Below are positions 26,090 to 36,007 of a DNA stretch of 64,000 nt, one piece after another. A program made the translations under genes and the position numbers. Numbering within the stretch: position 1 is the stretch's first letter; every line of letters starts with the position of its first letter. The notes beneath the pieces are model-generated. The model ran no database searches. It saw nothing but the letters and a program-made list of their open reading frames with translations, and was not told the DNA's origin. The DNA is from Candidatus Acidiferrales bacterium (GTDB taxonomy: Bacteria > Acidobacteriota > Terriglobia > Acidiferrales > UBA7541): NCBI GenBank assembly GCA_050015155.1, contig JBEKBY010000011.1, positions 633-64,632 on the forward strand. The letters run 5' to 3'.

Positions 26090-27483
26090 CAGGCTTTACT
26101 CCAGCGTGGAGATTCGGAAGTGCGCGCGGTGATCTGCTCGGCCGGCTCGCCCTCCGCCAGCCCCTGAGCGACGATGAGCTCGCGCGCCTCGAGGTGAATC
26201 TTGGGCAGGTTGCGCGCGAACAGGAGCGCTCCCACGATCGCCCCCGCCCCGCCGATAGCAACAGTCCAGGGCGCTCCGATACGATCCGCCGCGGCGCCCG
26301 CAAGGAGCGCGCCGAGCGGCGCCATGCCCATGAACATCATCGAGTACACCGCCATCGTGCGCCCGCGCAGACGGTCTGGCACCATCGATTGCACGAGCGT
26401 GTTCGTGGCGCCCAGTTGCGTCATCAGCGAGAAACCAACCGGCACGAGCAAAATCACCGACGCAAGATAGTTGCGCGAAAACGAGAAGAAAATCAGAAAT
26501 ATTCCGAATGAACCGCAGGCTGCCCACACCCATTTTCCAAGTCCCTCGACTCGCGTGCGGGAAGCAAGCGTCAGACCTCCGGCCAGCGCACCGATGCCCG
26601 CCGCACTCCCCAGAACACCGAAGGTCGTAGCATCTCCATGCAGGACATTCTTCGCAAACACGGGCATGAGGACCGTGTACGGCATCCCCACGAGGCTCAC
26701 GAGACCGAGGAGCAAAAGGAGCGCGCGGATCGGCGCCGTCCTGCGCACGAAACGAAAGCCTTCGGCGATGTGGTCGAACGCGGATGCGATTGCACGCTGG
26801 GCCTGCCGCGGAGGGATGCGCATCAAGAAAAGCCCTACAATCACGGCGATGTAGCTCACGGCGTTGGCAAAAAAGCACCAGCCCTCGCCGATGCCGGCCA
26901 CAAGAATGCCCGCGATCGCGGGGCCGACGATCCGCGCTCCGTTGAACATCGAGGAATTCAGCGCAATCGCATTCATCAAGTCTTCGCGGCCGACCATCTC
27001 CACAAGAAACGATTGCCGCGCCGGGATGTCGAATGCGTTCACCACGCCCAAGAGCACGGCGAGGACGATGATTTCCCACACGGTCACACGATTCGTGAGC
27101 GTCAGAATCGCAAGGATGAATGCCAGAATCATGGAGGCAGTCTGTGTCGCAATCACGACCTTCCGGCGGTCCCACCGGTCCGCCACCATGCCGGCAAATG
27201 GTGCCATCGGAAACACCGGAATCTGGCCCGCAAACGAGACGGCGCCGAGCAAGAGCGACGAACCGGTCATTTTGTAGACAAGCCAGGACTGCGCGACGTT
27301 CTGCATCCACGTGCCGATGAGCGAGATCAACTGTCCGCCAAAGAAGAGCTGAAAATTCCTATGTTTTAGCGAGCGGATCGTGTCGTGGAAGCGCGAGCGT
27401 TCCGGAAGCCTTTCCGTCACATCAGGTCTGGTTGTATCCGCCTGCGCCATGTTTTCTATATTGTACGACGCAATGCGAGCCAT
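26089..27483 (-). CDS. MFS transporter (EntS/MFS_3-like)
   Basis: About 12 predicted hydrophobic helices. N-terminus ..HRNFQLFFGGQLISLIGTWMQ.. and ..ADRWDRRKV.. are typical of this MFS subfamily. The start was trimmed to avoid overlapping the upstream gene end (27512) and is uncertain (27450-27507). Confidence 0.85.
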   Translation of the reverse strand: MARIASYNIENMAQADTTRPDVTERLPERSRFHDTIRSLKHRNFQLFFGGQLISLIGTWMQNVAQSWLVYKMTGSSLLLGAVSFAGQIPVFPMAPFAGMVADRWDRRKVVIATQTASMILAFILAILTLTNRVTVWEIIVLAVLLGVVNAFDIPARQSFLVEMVGREDLMNAIALNSSMFNGARIVGPAIAGILVAGIGEGWCFFANAVSYIAVIVGLFLMRIPPRQAQRAIASAFDHIAEGFRFVRRTAPIRALLLLLGLVSLVGMPYTVLMPVFAKNVLHGDATTFGVLGSAAGIGALAGGLTLASRTRVEGLGKWVWAACGSFGIFLIFFSFSRNYLASVILLVPVGFSLMTQLGATNTLVQSMVPDRLRGRTMAVYSMMFMGMAPLGALLAGAAADRIGAPWTVAIGGAGAIVGALLFARNLPKIHLEARELIVAQGLAEGEPAEQITARTSESPRWSKA

Positions 27484-27511
27484 GCCGCCTTCGATTGCTC
27501 CTGCCATTACC

Positions 27512-28705
27512 TCAGCGTTTCGGCGGCTCGGCCGGAGATTGGTCCGGAGGCGCGAGCAGCCGCGCGCAGGCGCGCAGGATTCGGCGGTAGGGCCAATCAC
27601 CTTCGCGAAAAAGGATTTCGCCCTCGCGCGGCTTCGAGTAAAACCAGCGCGCCACGAGCAGCAAATGCTCGGCCAGTTCCGGCGTCGCCTCGCGCAAGCC
27701 GTAGTGGGCGCGCGGATTTGCGTCCACCCGTTCCGCAGCGCCCGCCGCCAATTCGTTCGGTTCGTCCAGCTCCTGCCTCAAGATCGCTTCGACCGACCGC
27801 GGCTGGCTCGATATCTCGCCAAAGCGCAGGAAGATCGGTTCGGCCAGCAGGCCGGCGCGCACTGGAAACACCATAACGGTCTTTTCCTCGGCCGCGCGTT
27901 CGAGAATCACGACGTCGAGGTCCTGTATCCGCCTTGCGAGCTCGGGCAGCCCGTGCAGCGCCGCGGAAGCCTTCTCGAGGCGCTTGTGCAGCGAGGCGGC
28001 ACGCTCGAAGTCGAGCGCTTCGCTCGCGGCTTCCCGCTCCTGCTGCAACTCTGTGGTGAGGGCCTCGCCGGTCGTCGCGAGGGTATCCAGCACGCGGCCC
28101 ACTTCGACATCGTACTCATCCTTGGTGCAGCCGGCGAAACATGGCGCGAGACACATTTTCATCTCGGAATAGATGCAGCCGGGAAAACTCGGGTCCCGGC
28201 GGATTTTGATCTGGCACCGCCGGATCTTGAACAGATCGAGAAAGCCTTCGGCGAACGCCTCCGCCGCCCGGCGCGATGGGAACGGCCCGAAATAGAAGCC
28301 TCCGTCCGCGCGAATCCGCCGCGTCACGTAGCAGCGCGGATACTCGTTGCGGAGATTCACTTTGAGGACGGCGGGAGGGCGCAGGCGCAGCAGGTCGCGA
28401 TAGCGAGCCGGAAAATTCTTCTTGGCTTGCTGATAAAGCGCGAGCGTCTGCTCGAATTTCGAGCCGGTGATGCGATAACGAATCCCCGCCGCGACCCCGC
28501 GTAAATTCAGGCGCTTCGAACCCGCATCGGGCGGGCGCAGCAGCCGCTCGGTTGCGCGGCGAAGATCGGCAGTCCGGACGAGGTGCGGCTGCGCGTCGGC
28601 GTCGCTCATTTCGACGAGCAGCACGCCGACGCGCGCAGGTATCGCGGCGAAAAACTCCTCTTCGCGCGCTGCATCGAATGCCTGCCCGCAGTCCAGTTCC
28701 AGCAT
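27512..28705 (-). CDS. UvrC-homology protein lacking the C-terminal nuclease/HhH half (Cho-like length, degenerate GIY-YIG)
   Basis: GPFPSRRAAEAFAEGFLDLFKIRRC, CIYSEMKMCLAPCFAGCTKDEY and a UVR motif (ALDFERAASLHKRLEKA) match the N-terminal half of UvrC. Only 397 aa. Confidence 0.7.
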   Translation of the reverse strand: MLELDCGQAFDAAREEEFFAAIPARVGVLLVEMSDADAQPHLVRTADLRRATERLLRPPDAGSKRLNLRGVAAGIRYRITGSKFEQTLALYQQAKKNFPARYRDLLRLRPPAVLKVNLRNEYPRCYVTRRIRADGGFYFGPFPSRRAAEAFAEGFLDLFKIRRCQIKIRRDPSFPGCIYSEMKMCLAPCFAGCTKDEYDVEVGRVLDTLATTGEALTTELQQEREAASEALDFERAASLHKRLEKASAALHGLPELARRIQDLDVVILERAAEEKTVMVFPVRAGLLAEPIFLRFGEISSQPRSVEAILRQELDEPNELAAGAAERVDANPRAHYGLREATPELAEHLLLVARWFYSKPREGEILFREGDWPYRRILRACARLLAPPDQSPAEPPKR

Positions 28706-28799
28706 GCAGACAAGGATAACGCAGATGGAAATTAGAAAGTGAAAATGGGAAACGAGCCCGGCGATTCTCTATTTTCCCTTTTCTATCTTCTATTTTCCG

Positions 28800-29945
28800 T
28801 CAGTAGCTCTTGAGGACCCAGGAAGCGATGACGAGGCGCTGGATTTCGCTCGTGCCTTCGTAGATTTCGGTGATGCGCGCGTCGCGATAAGCCCGCTCGA
28901 CGGGATACTCGCGGCTGTAACCATTGCCGCCGTGAATCTGGATGGCCTTGTGCGTGACGCGTGTGGCCATCTCGCTGGCAAAAAGTTTCGCGATGGCGGC
29001 TTCCATCGAAAAACGCGCGCCCGAATCCTGCTTCCACGCCGCCCGACGTGCGAGCAGTCGCGCCGCATCGATTTCCGTGGCCATGTCCGCGAGCATGAAC
29101 TGGATCGCCTGAAACTCGGCGATCGAATGGCCGAAAGCCTGCCGCTCGCGCGCGTAGGCGAGCGCGGCTTCGAACGCGCCCTGGGCGATTCCCGTGGCCT
29201 GCGAGGCGATGCCGATGCGTCCGCCATCCAGGGTTGTGAGCGCGATCTTGTAGCCGTCGCCTTCGTTTCCAACCCGATTGGCGACGGGCACTTCGCAATC
29301 GGTGAACGAAAGCTCCGTGCAAGCGGTGGCGTGTATGCCGAGCTTCTTCTCTTCCTTGCCGACGGCGAACCCCGGCGTCCCCTTCTCGATCACGAGCGCG
29401 GTGATTCCCTTCTCGCCCTTTTCTGGCTGGGTATTCACGTAAATGATTCCCGCGTCGGCCGCTCCACCGTTCGTAATCCACGCCTTTGTGCCGTTGACGA
29501 CGTAGCGGTCGCCCTTTCGCACGGCCTTTGTCGCCAGCGCCGCCGCGTTCGATCCCGCCTGCGGCTCCGTCAGCGCGTAGCAGCCGATTTTTTCGCCGCG
29601 AGCGAAAGGCACGAGGAATCTGCGCTTTTGCTCTTCCGTCCCGAAATGCTCGAGCGTGCCGCAGTAAAGCGAGTTCTGCACCGAGAGAATCACGCTCGTG
29701 GATGCGCAGACGCGCGCGATTTCCTCCATCACGATCGCGTAGCAGATGTGGTCCGTTCCCGCACCGCCGTACTCCTCTGCGACGGCGATCCCCGTGAGGC
29801 CCAGCTCGGCGGCTTTGCGCAGAGTCTCGCGCGGAAAATGGCCGGTCTCATCGAGTTCCGCCGCGAGCGGCTTCACTTCCGCCTCGGCAAACTCCCGCAC
29901 GCTCCGCTGGAGCAGCGCCTGTTCTTCGGTCAGCTCGAGGTTCAC
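28800..29945 (-). CDS. acyl-CoA dehydrogenase (short/medium-chain type)
   Basis: 381 aa. CYALTEPQAGSNAA, WITNGG, QIHGGNGYSREYPVERAYRDARITEIYEGTSEIQ. Confidence 0.9.
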   Translation of the reverse strand: MNLELTEEQALLQRSVREFAEAEVKPLAAELDETGHFPRETLRKAAELGLTGIAVAEEYGGAGTDHICYAIVMEEIARVCASTSVILSVQNSLYCGTLEHFGTEEQKRRFLVPFARGEKIGCYALTEPQAGSNAAALATKAVRKGDRYVVNGTKAWITNGGAADAGIIYVNTQPEKGEKGITALVIEKGTPGFAVGKEEKKLGIHATACTELSFTDCEVPVANRVGNEGDGYKIALTTLDGGRIGIASQATGIAQGAFEAALAYARERQAFGHSIAEFQAIQFMLADMATEIDAARLLARRAAWKQDSGARFSMEAAIAKLFASEMATRVTHKAIQIHGGNGYSREYPVERAYRDARITEIYEGTSEIQRLVIASWVLKSY

Positions 29946-30104
29946 GCGATTTCTCTGTATGCGCAGCGCGCGACCAACATCTCACGCTCCGCGCCATTGT
30001 ACTGCGAAACGTGTGGCCTCACGCGGTCGTCACTGCGACCCGATTCGTACTCACGCATCCAATTGCTGTAGCCAATTACCGAGCCCTCAAAAGGAGAACA
30101 AAAG

Positions 30105-30581
30105 ATGGAACCGCGTTTGAACCCCTATGAAGTGGCCCCCAAGAGCTTCCAAGCTATCTCCGCACTTCAGGCGTACGTCGATTCCTGCGGCCTCGAGCGC
30201 CCCCTGCTGGAACTGGTCAAGATGCGCGCTTCGCAGATCAACGGCTGTGCGTACTGTCTTGACATGCACTCGAAGGATGCCCGCGCCCTGGGAGAAACCG
30301 AGCAGCGCCTCTACGTGCTGAACGCCTGGCGCGAGAGCCCTTTTTACACCGAGCGCGAGCGCGCGGCCCTCGAATGGACTGAAGCGGTAACGCTGATCGC
30401 CGAAAACCACGTGCCGGATGACGTCTACGAGCGAGTGAAGCGGCAATTCCGTGACGACGAACTCGCCAACCTGACCCTGGCAATTGCCACGATCAATAGC
30501 TGGAACCGGCTAAGCATCTCGTTCCGGGTCGTACCCGGAGCCTATAAGTCCAATTGGGGATCGCTCAAGGCCAAGGCCTGA
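30105..30581 (+). CDS. carboxymuconolactone decarboxylase family protein (AhpD-like, CxxC)
   Basis: ASQINGCAYCLDMH motif. Good SD (AAAGGAGAA) upstream of ATG 30105. Confidence 0.85.
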   Translation: MEPRLNPYEVAPKSFQAISALQAYVDSCGLERPLLELVKMRASQINGCAYCLDMHSKDARALGETEQRLYVLNAWRESPFYTERERAALEWTEAVTLIAENHVPDDVYERVKRQFRDDELANLTLAIATINSWNRLSISFRVVPGAYKSNWGSLKAKA

Positions 30582-30747
30582 GCTTTTTGGAGCGTCTGCC
30601 ATGCGGCGGACCGGCGGGCGGTCCCAGCCCCGCGCCAAGCGGGTCCGTTTGCGGCAAGCGGCGAAAATCCTCTATACTTTCAATGCGATCATGCCAACCC
30701 GGCGAGCGGCACCGAAAAGGCCTTCCCGGAAGCCTCAACGCAAAAAA

Positions 30748-31227
30748 ATGACCGACCTTGCCGAAAAAATTAAGAAGAAGCTCAAGGACGAGATCGCAGC
30801 CCTCGAACACGAGCTTCACACGGAACTACCCAAGGAAATAAAGGTCGCGCGGGCCCACGGCGATCTTTCCGAAAATGCCGAGTACAAGTATGCGAAGGAG
30901 CGGCAGGGGTACGTGGCGGCCCGGCTTGGCCAGCTTCACAAGCGCATGGCGGACATCTCCATGCTGAACCTGAACAATCTGCCCAAGGACAAGGCTGCCT
31001 ACGGCTCGCGCATCGTCGTTTTAGACGTTGTGAAGTCCACCGAAATCGAGTACAAACTGGTGACGGTCGAGGAAGCAGACGCCGCGAACGGCCTGATTTC
31101 CACGAGTTCGCCCATAGGCCGCGCTCTCCTCGGAAAGAAAGTCGGCGATGAAGTCAAAGTCACGACGCCGGCGGGCGTAAAGGAATACGAGGTTGTGCGA
31201 TTGACCACGATTTACGAGGAAGAGTAG
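30748..31227 (+). CDS. greA: transcription elongation factor GreA
   Basis: HGDLSENAEYKYAKERQ coiled-coil tip motif. C-terminal ISTSSPIGRALLGKKVGDEVKV. 159 codons from ATG 30748; longer upstream starts are possible. Confidence 0.9.
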   Translation: MTDLAEKIKKKLKDEIAALEHELHTELPKEIKVARAHGDLSENAEYKYAKERQGYVAARLGQLHKRMADISMLNLNNLPKDKAAYGSRIVVLDVVKSTEIEYKLVTVEEADAANGLISTSSPIGRALLGKKVGDEVKVTTPAGVKEYEVVRLTTIYEEE

Positions 31228-31245
31228 CGGGGTGACACTCGCTCC

Positions 31246-31962
31246 ATGCTGACGCCGAACATCGGCCAGTATCTTTCCTGGCCTATCGACCGTCTCGCAG
31301 ACCTCCTGGCACCTACAGGTATCCCTCCCAACGTCATCACCTGGGCTGCTCTCGTTGCCAATCTTTGGGCCGGAATTCTGTTTGCGGCGGGGCGCTTCGC
31401 CGCGGCGGGCGGGATGATCATACTGGCGGGTGTGTGCGACCTGCTCGACGGACCCGTGGCCCGGCGGCAGAACCGCGTTTCGCTCTTCGGCGGCTTTCTA
31501 GATTCGATTCTCGACCGTTACGCCGATCTGCTTCTCTTCCTCGGCCTGTTGGTCTACTACGCGCTCGTCAACCGATTCCTCTACGCCGTGCTCGCGGGCG
31601 CGGCCATGGCCGGCGCCGTGATGGTCAGCTACGCCAAAGCGCGGGCCGAATCGCTGGTTCCGACGTCGGAAATCGGGTTCTGGGAGCGGCCGGAGCGGCT
31701 AGTCCTGATGATTCTGGGCGCTCTCTCGAACCGCATGGAAGTTGCGCTCTGGATTCTCGCGATCGGCCCCAACATCACCGTGGTGCACCGCATCCTGCAC
31801 ACCTGGAAGCAGACCAAGGCGCCCAGCCTCGAAGCTCCCGGCTCGCATCGTGCGGGCCCCGGAGAGACGCGCGCGCAAAATCCCATTGAGTCCGCGATCT
31901 CCCGCAAGAGCGACGCAGTCGCCCGAGCATTCACTCGCTCCGCCGGCCGCGGCCGCGGCTAG
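31246..31962 (+). CDS. CDP-alcohol phosphatidyltransferase family protein
   Basis: D-x2-DG-x2-AR-x8-G-x3-D-x3-D motif in CDLLDGPVARRQNRVSLFGGFLDSILDRYAD. Multiple TM helices. Confidence 0.85.
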   Translation: MLTPNIGQYLSWPIDRLADLLAPTGIPPNVITWAALVANLWAGILFAAGRFAAAGGMIILAGVCDLLDGPVARRQNRVSLFGGFLDSILDRYADLLLFLGLLVYYALVNRFLYAVLAGAAMAGAVMVSYAKARAESLVPTSEIGFWERPERLVLMILGALSNRMEVALWILAIGPNITVVHRILHTWKQTKAPSLEAPGSHRAGPGETRAQNPIESAISRKSDAVARAFTRSAGRGRG

Positions 31963-32076
31963 CCGCCCGGCCCCGGTTCGTCACTGCCCCTTCCGTTCGC
32001 GTCTCTGTTGCGAGCCGTTCACATAGATGCGCTAGAATGCTCTGTCAACATCGAACCATACCTATGGAGGCACAAC

Positions 32077-32586
32077 ATGGCGCTACGCGATGCACTGCTC
32101 CCTGAATGGGAGCACGAAATGAGCACCACCCGAAAAACTCTCGAACGCGTTCCGGAAGACAAAGTCGACTGGAAGCCGCACAACACGTCCATGCCCATGG
32201 GGCGTCTCGCGGGCCACATTGCAGAGATGGCCGGTTTCGCGGCTATGACTTTCCAAGGAGAATCCTTCGACTTCCGCCCTGCGGGCGCTCCGCCTATGGA
32301 ACCCACGGTGATGAAATCGCGCAAGCAGCTGCTCGAACTCTTCGACAAGAACGTCGCCGCGGCCAAGGCGGCCATCGCGAAGGCAAGCGATGAGGATTTA
32401 TACAAGACCTGGACGCTGCTGAGCGGCGGGAAAACCTTCTTCGCGATGCCGCGCATACAGGTCCTGCGCGGAATGATTCTCAACCACATAATCCATCATC
32501 GCGGCCAGCTCTCCGTCTACCTTCGGATGAATCAGGTGCCGGTGCCTTCGATCTACGGCCCCTCCGGCGACGAAGGCAGCATGTAG
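32077..32586 (+). CDS. DinB family protein
   Basis: GGAGG SD before ATG 32077. Four-helix DinB-like pattern with conserved His (GHIAEM.., LNHIIHHRGQL). Confidence 0.8.
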   Translation: MALRDALLPEWEHEMSTTRKTLERVPEDKVDWKPHNTSMPMGRLAGHIAEMAGFAAMTFQGESFDFRPAGAPPMEPTVMKSRKQLLELFDKNVAAAKAAIAKASDEDLYKTWTLLSGGKTFFAMPRIQVLRGMILNHIIHHRGQLSVYLRMNQVPVPSIYGPSGDEGSM

Positions 32587-32605
32587 CGCCGAACAGCTTG
32601 ATCTG

Positions 32606-33796
32606 TTAGTGGTGGCCGGCTGAGGGGATAACGGTCTCGCCTGTCTGCGGCTGTATCTTCGGCTTGCGCGCCATGGCCTTCTCGGAAATGCGTGCGTTCC
32701 GCTCGCCCTTCTTCCGGGCGTTCGCCAGTTCGCGCTCCTTGAATTCCGGCAAGACTTCCTGAGCGAAGAGGCTCAGCGAGGAACACTGCTGGTCGAGCGA
32801 GAGGCGGCCGACCTGCCGCACGGCCACCACTTGGTCAATTCCAGCATCCTCGAATTCGCGCAATCCTTCGCGAAGCACCGCAGGGGTTCCGATGCACGAT
32901 TTCGCGGTGAATTCGGACCCCGCGGCGTCTTTGGGATTCGTCTTGTAATCGTGCCAGATCTCGGACTTGCCCGGGCAGTGTTCGCCGAAGAAGCTGTAGT
33001 GTCCGAGGGCGTAAACGAAGAATCCGTAATTCTCGGCCGCGACTTCGTCCACTCGTTTCTGGTCTTCGTCGCACAGAAAGGGCGCTGCGACCGCGAAGTT
33101 TGGGTTGACGGCGTAGCCCAGCGGCTCGCACTCATTTTCCATCGTCCTGTAATAGTCCTCCACCCACTGGCGCGCTTCTGCGGCGGTGAGGAAACTGAAC
33201 GTCAGCGCACCCACGCCCAGCCTCGCCGCATCGAGAATCGACTCGCGCCGAGAACACGCCATCCAAAGTGGCGGGTGCGGCTTCTGCAGGGGTTTCGGCA
33301 CGAGGTTGCGAGCAGGCACTTTCACGTACCGGCCCTCGAATCCCGTAAACGGCTCTTCTACCAGCATCCGCACCGCGACCCGCATTCCTTCGAGTTGCAT
33401 GGCCTTCTTTTCTTCCTGCGGGACGAAGAATCCTCCGAGTTCCGTCGAGGTCGCTCCCGATCCCATGCCGAATTCGCACCGGCCATTGCTGATCAGATCG
33501 AGAACGGCGATGCGCTCCGCGACGCGTGCCGGATGGTTGATGCCGGGTGGCGTTTGGATGATTCCGTGCGCGAGCCGCACGTTCCTGGTGCGCTGGCTGC
33601 AGGCGGCCAAGAACATCTCGGGAGCCGCTGAGTGCGAGTACTCCTCGAGAAAGTGGTGCTCGGTGCCCCACACGTAGTCGAGTCCGGACTGATCCGCAAG
33701 TTCCGCCAGTTCGAGTGCGTTGTTCAGCAGCGTGCGTTCGGACTCATTCGTCCAGGGCTTTGGAAGCTGCATCAGGTGTATGCCGCCAAACTTCAT
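32606..33796 (-). CDS. LLM-class (luciferase-like) flavin-dependent oxidoreductase
   Basis: 396 aa. ..GLDYVWGTEHHFLEEYSHS.. and ..ISNGRCEFGMGSG.. are typical of luciferase-like monooxygenases. Confidence 0.85.
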   Translation of the reverse strand: MKFGGIHLMQLPKPWTNESERTLLNNALELAELADQSGLDYVWGTEHHFLEEYSHSAAPEMFLAACSQRTRNVRLAHGIIQTPPGINHPARVAERIAVLDLISNGRCEFGMGSGATSTELGGFFVPQEEKKAMQLEGMRVAVRMLVEEPFTGFEGRYVKVPARNLVPKPLQKPHPPLWMACSRRESILDAARLGVGALTFSFLTAAEARQWVEDYYRTMENECEPLGYAVNPNFAVAAPFLCDEDQKRVDEVAAENYGFFVYALGHYSFFGEHCPGKSEIWHDYKTNPKDAAGSEFTAKSCIGTPAVLREGLREFEDAGIDQVVAVRQVGRLSLDQQCSSLSLFAQEVLPEFKERELANARKKGERNARISEKAMARKPKIQPQTGETVIPSAGHH

Positions 33797-33938
33797 GGGT
33801 ATGCCTTTCGATTGCCGGGCGCCGCGTATTCTACGCCAACGCCAGAGCCGCGCAACACCGCGCCAGGCGGTTTTGCAACAGCCCAGAGTTCACGAGCCTC
33901 GGAGGCGAGGGTGGGCCGCGCACCGGTTTGGTGACGCG

Positions 33939-35741
33939 TCAGGCTTTCGAGGTTTCGGGCGCTTCGATGGCGGCGTTTCCCCCTGCGATGCGGCCCTGCA
34001 CGGTGCATCGCGCCAAGCCGTGCAGGCTGAATCCGCCGGCGCTCTCGCCTCCGCAGTAGAGCCCTGGAACGACATTGCCGGAAAAGTCCACCACCTGGCA
34101 TTTCGCGTTGATGCGGAGTCCCGCACGCGTATCGTGGACAACGGGCGTGGCCCAAGCGGCGTAGAACGGCGGCGTCTCGATTTTGTGTTTTGGTGCGGGC
34201 TTCCCGAAGTCCGCATCCTTCCCGTCGTCCACAAAAGAGTTGTAGCGGGTGACGGTACTTTCGAGGGTAGCGCCGGGCATAGGCCTGCGCTGATGCTTGT
34301 TCACAATCGCGGCCGCCAATGCGGCGAGCGTGTTTGCCGAGAAGAAGTATCCTTCGGCGATATCCACGTAGGGAGGCTCAACCGTCCACTGCTCGCGTTT
34401 CACGGCGTCGGCATCAAAGATGGCCCAGATGGGTCCGCCACCGTTGACCGCGTCTCCGGTACCGGCAAGCGCGGCGTCGAGGAAATTGGCCGGATGGTAC
34501 TTGATGTTCGCGGCGTTTAAGTAACTTCCCTGCGTGTAGGGCTGAAGCGAATTGTAATTGTTGGCTGTGTACTGGCCTTGCGTCTCGTCGTAGAAGCGCA
34601 AGCCCGCCTGGTTCACCAGGATTACGTTCTGACAATCCTGCACGCGAAGACCTCGCGCGCGGGCGAGGTGGAATATGGGACTCCCAGGCTGCCACTCCAG
34701 ATTGGCGTAACCATACTGGCAGCCGATCCGGGCTGCCTTGGCGAGGCGCAGGCCAAACTCTCCCACCTGATTGTACGCGCCCCAGAGCGACGCCCCGATG
34801 GCGATGGCAGCCAACTCGCCGCTGGCGTCCTGGGAAGAATAAGGCTCGCCGGCGACACCATTGTATTCCTCGGTCAGGCGCGGGTCGAAAATCCTTCGGA
34901 AGTTCACGTTGCTGCTGGAGCCGCCGGTGGCGAGGATCACGCCTTTGCGCGCGCGGATGTTCAGGGTCTTACTTTCATGGGTGGCCTTGATTCCCAAAAC
35001 CCTTCCTGATGAAGGCTCCTGCCGAATGAGGCTCGACATCCGGTGCTTCAAAAGAATTTGCACGCCGGCCTTCCGGGCCGCGGCTTCGAGCGGCCGGATG
35101 AGCCCTATGCCGGAGGAGCCAGTGGCCGCAACCGCGGAGTCGACAGGTTTGCCGGTGTGCATCTGCGGCCACGCCATGGGCGCAGCATGATTCTCGCGCG
35201 GAGCGGAGTTCCCAATCGCGCTGCCGCCTGTCGCGTCGGGCGCCTTTTCCACAAAGATGACGCCGTGGGCGACGAGCCATTCGTAGGTTTGCGCGCTATT
35301 GTCGGCAAAAGCGCGAATGACTTCCTTGTCGTTGTAGCGGTAGTCGGGGAAGCCGTTGGGTTCGACAACGGACCAATCGGTGAGATCGCGAAATACCGTG
35401 TCCGGCGAATCCTCGATGCCGTACTTCTTCTGCCGGCTCGTGCCGCCGCCGAGCGCGACGTTGCCGCCGCTCAGGATGGCATGGCCGCCAACGTCAAAGT
35501 TGGCGTCGATCAGGATCACGGACGCGCCGCGCTCGGTGGCTTCAATGGCTGCAGGGAGCCCCGACGCGCCGGCGCCGACCACCACGACGTCCGCCTCTTT
35601 GTCCCAATGTGGCTGCTGCGCTTGCGCGTCAGCTTCCTTGGCTCCAAGGCCCGTTAGGGCTGCCGCGCCGACGCCAGTGGCCGTCGCCTTGACAAAATTT
35701 CGCCGCGACAAGTTTTTCTTATCTTCTGGATCCCGTTTCAT
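33939..35741 (-). CDS. Tat-exported FAD-dependent oxidoreductase (FAD_binding_2 / fumarate reductase flavoprotein-like)
   Basis: Tat leader SRRNFVKATATGVGAAALTGLGAKEADA. Dinucleotide fold VVVVGAGASGLPAAIEA. C-terminal GLYCGGESAGG. Confidence 0.85.
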   Translation of the reverse strand: MKRDPEDKKNLSRRNFVKATATGVGAAALTGLGAKEADAQAQQPHWDKEADVVVVGAGASGLPAAIEATERGASVILIDANFDVGGHAILSGGNVALGGGTSRQKKYGIEDSPDTVFRDLTDWSVVEPNGFPDYRYNDKEVIRAFADNSAQTYEWLVAHGVIFVEKAPDATGGSAIGNSAPRENHAAPMAWPQMHTGKPVDSAVAATGSSGIGLIRPLEAAARKAGVQILLKHRMSSLIRQEPSSGRVLGIKATHESKTLNIRARKGVILATGGSSSNVNFRRIFDPRLTEEYNGVAGEPYSSQDASGELAAIAIGASLWGAYNQVGEFGLRLAKAARIGCQYGYANLEWQPGSPIFHLARARGLRVQDCQNVILVNQAGLRFYDETQGQYTANNYNSLQPYTQGSYLNAANIKYHPANFLDAALAGTGDAVNGGGPIWAIFDADAVKREQWTVEPPYVDIAEGYFFSANTLAALAAAIVNKHQRRPMPGATLESTVTRYNSFVDDGKDADFGKPAPKHKIETPPFYAAWATPVVHDTRAGLRINAKCQVVDFSGNVVPGLYCGGESAGGFSLHGLARCTVQGRIAGGNAAIEAPETSKA

Positions 35742-35809
35742 GCCGGCACCCCCGGACTGCAGTTTAGGCTTTGCCCTTTGAGGCAAACCTTAGCAAGGAT
35801 TTGGATTTC

Positions 35810-36007
35810 ACAGGCGGCCAGGAAGATTTCCGGAGGCGACGAGTGCGAGTACTCCTCGAGGAAGTGATGCTCGGTGGCCCAAAGGTAGTCGTAGCCGCAC
35901 TGGTCGATCACTTCCGCTTGCTCGGGCAGATTCCTGAGCAGCGTGTACTCGGAATCCTTCGCCCAGGACCGGGGAAGCCAGTGCAGAAATGGGCTGCCGA
36001 TTTTCAT
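35810..36007 (-). pseudogene. 66-codon N-terminal fragment of a second LLM-class oxidoreductase gene
   Basis: MKIGSPFLHWLPRSWAKDSEYTLLRNL..GYDYLWATEHHFLEEYSHSSPPEIFLAAC parallels residues 1-66 of the 32606-33796 product. Similarity stops at 35810. Confidence 0.7.
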
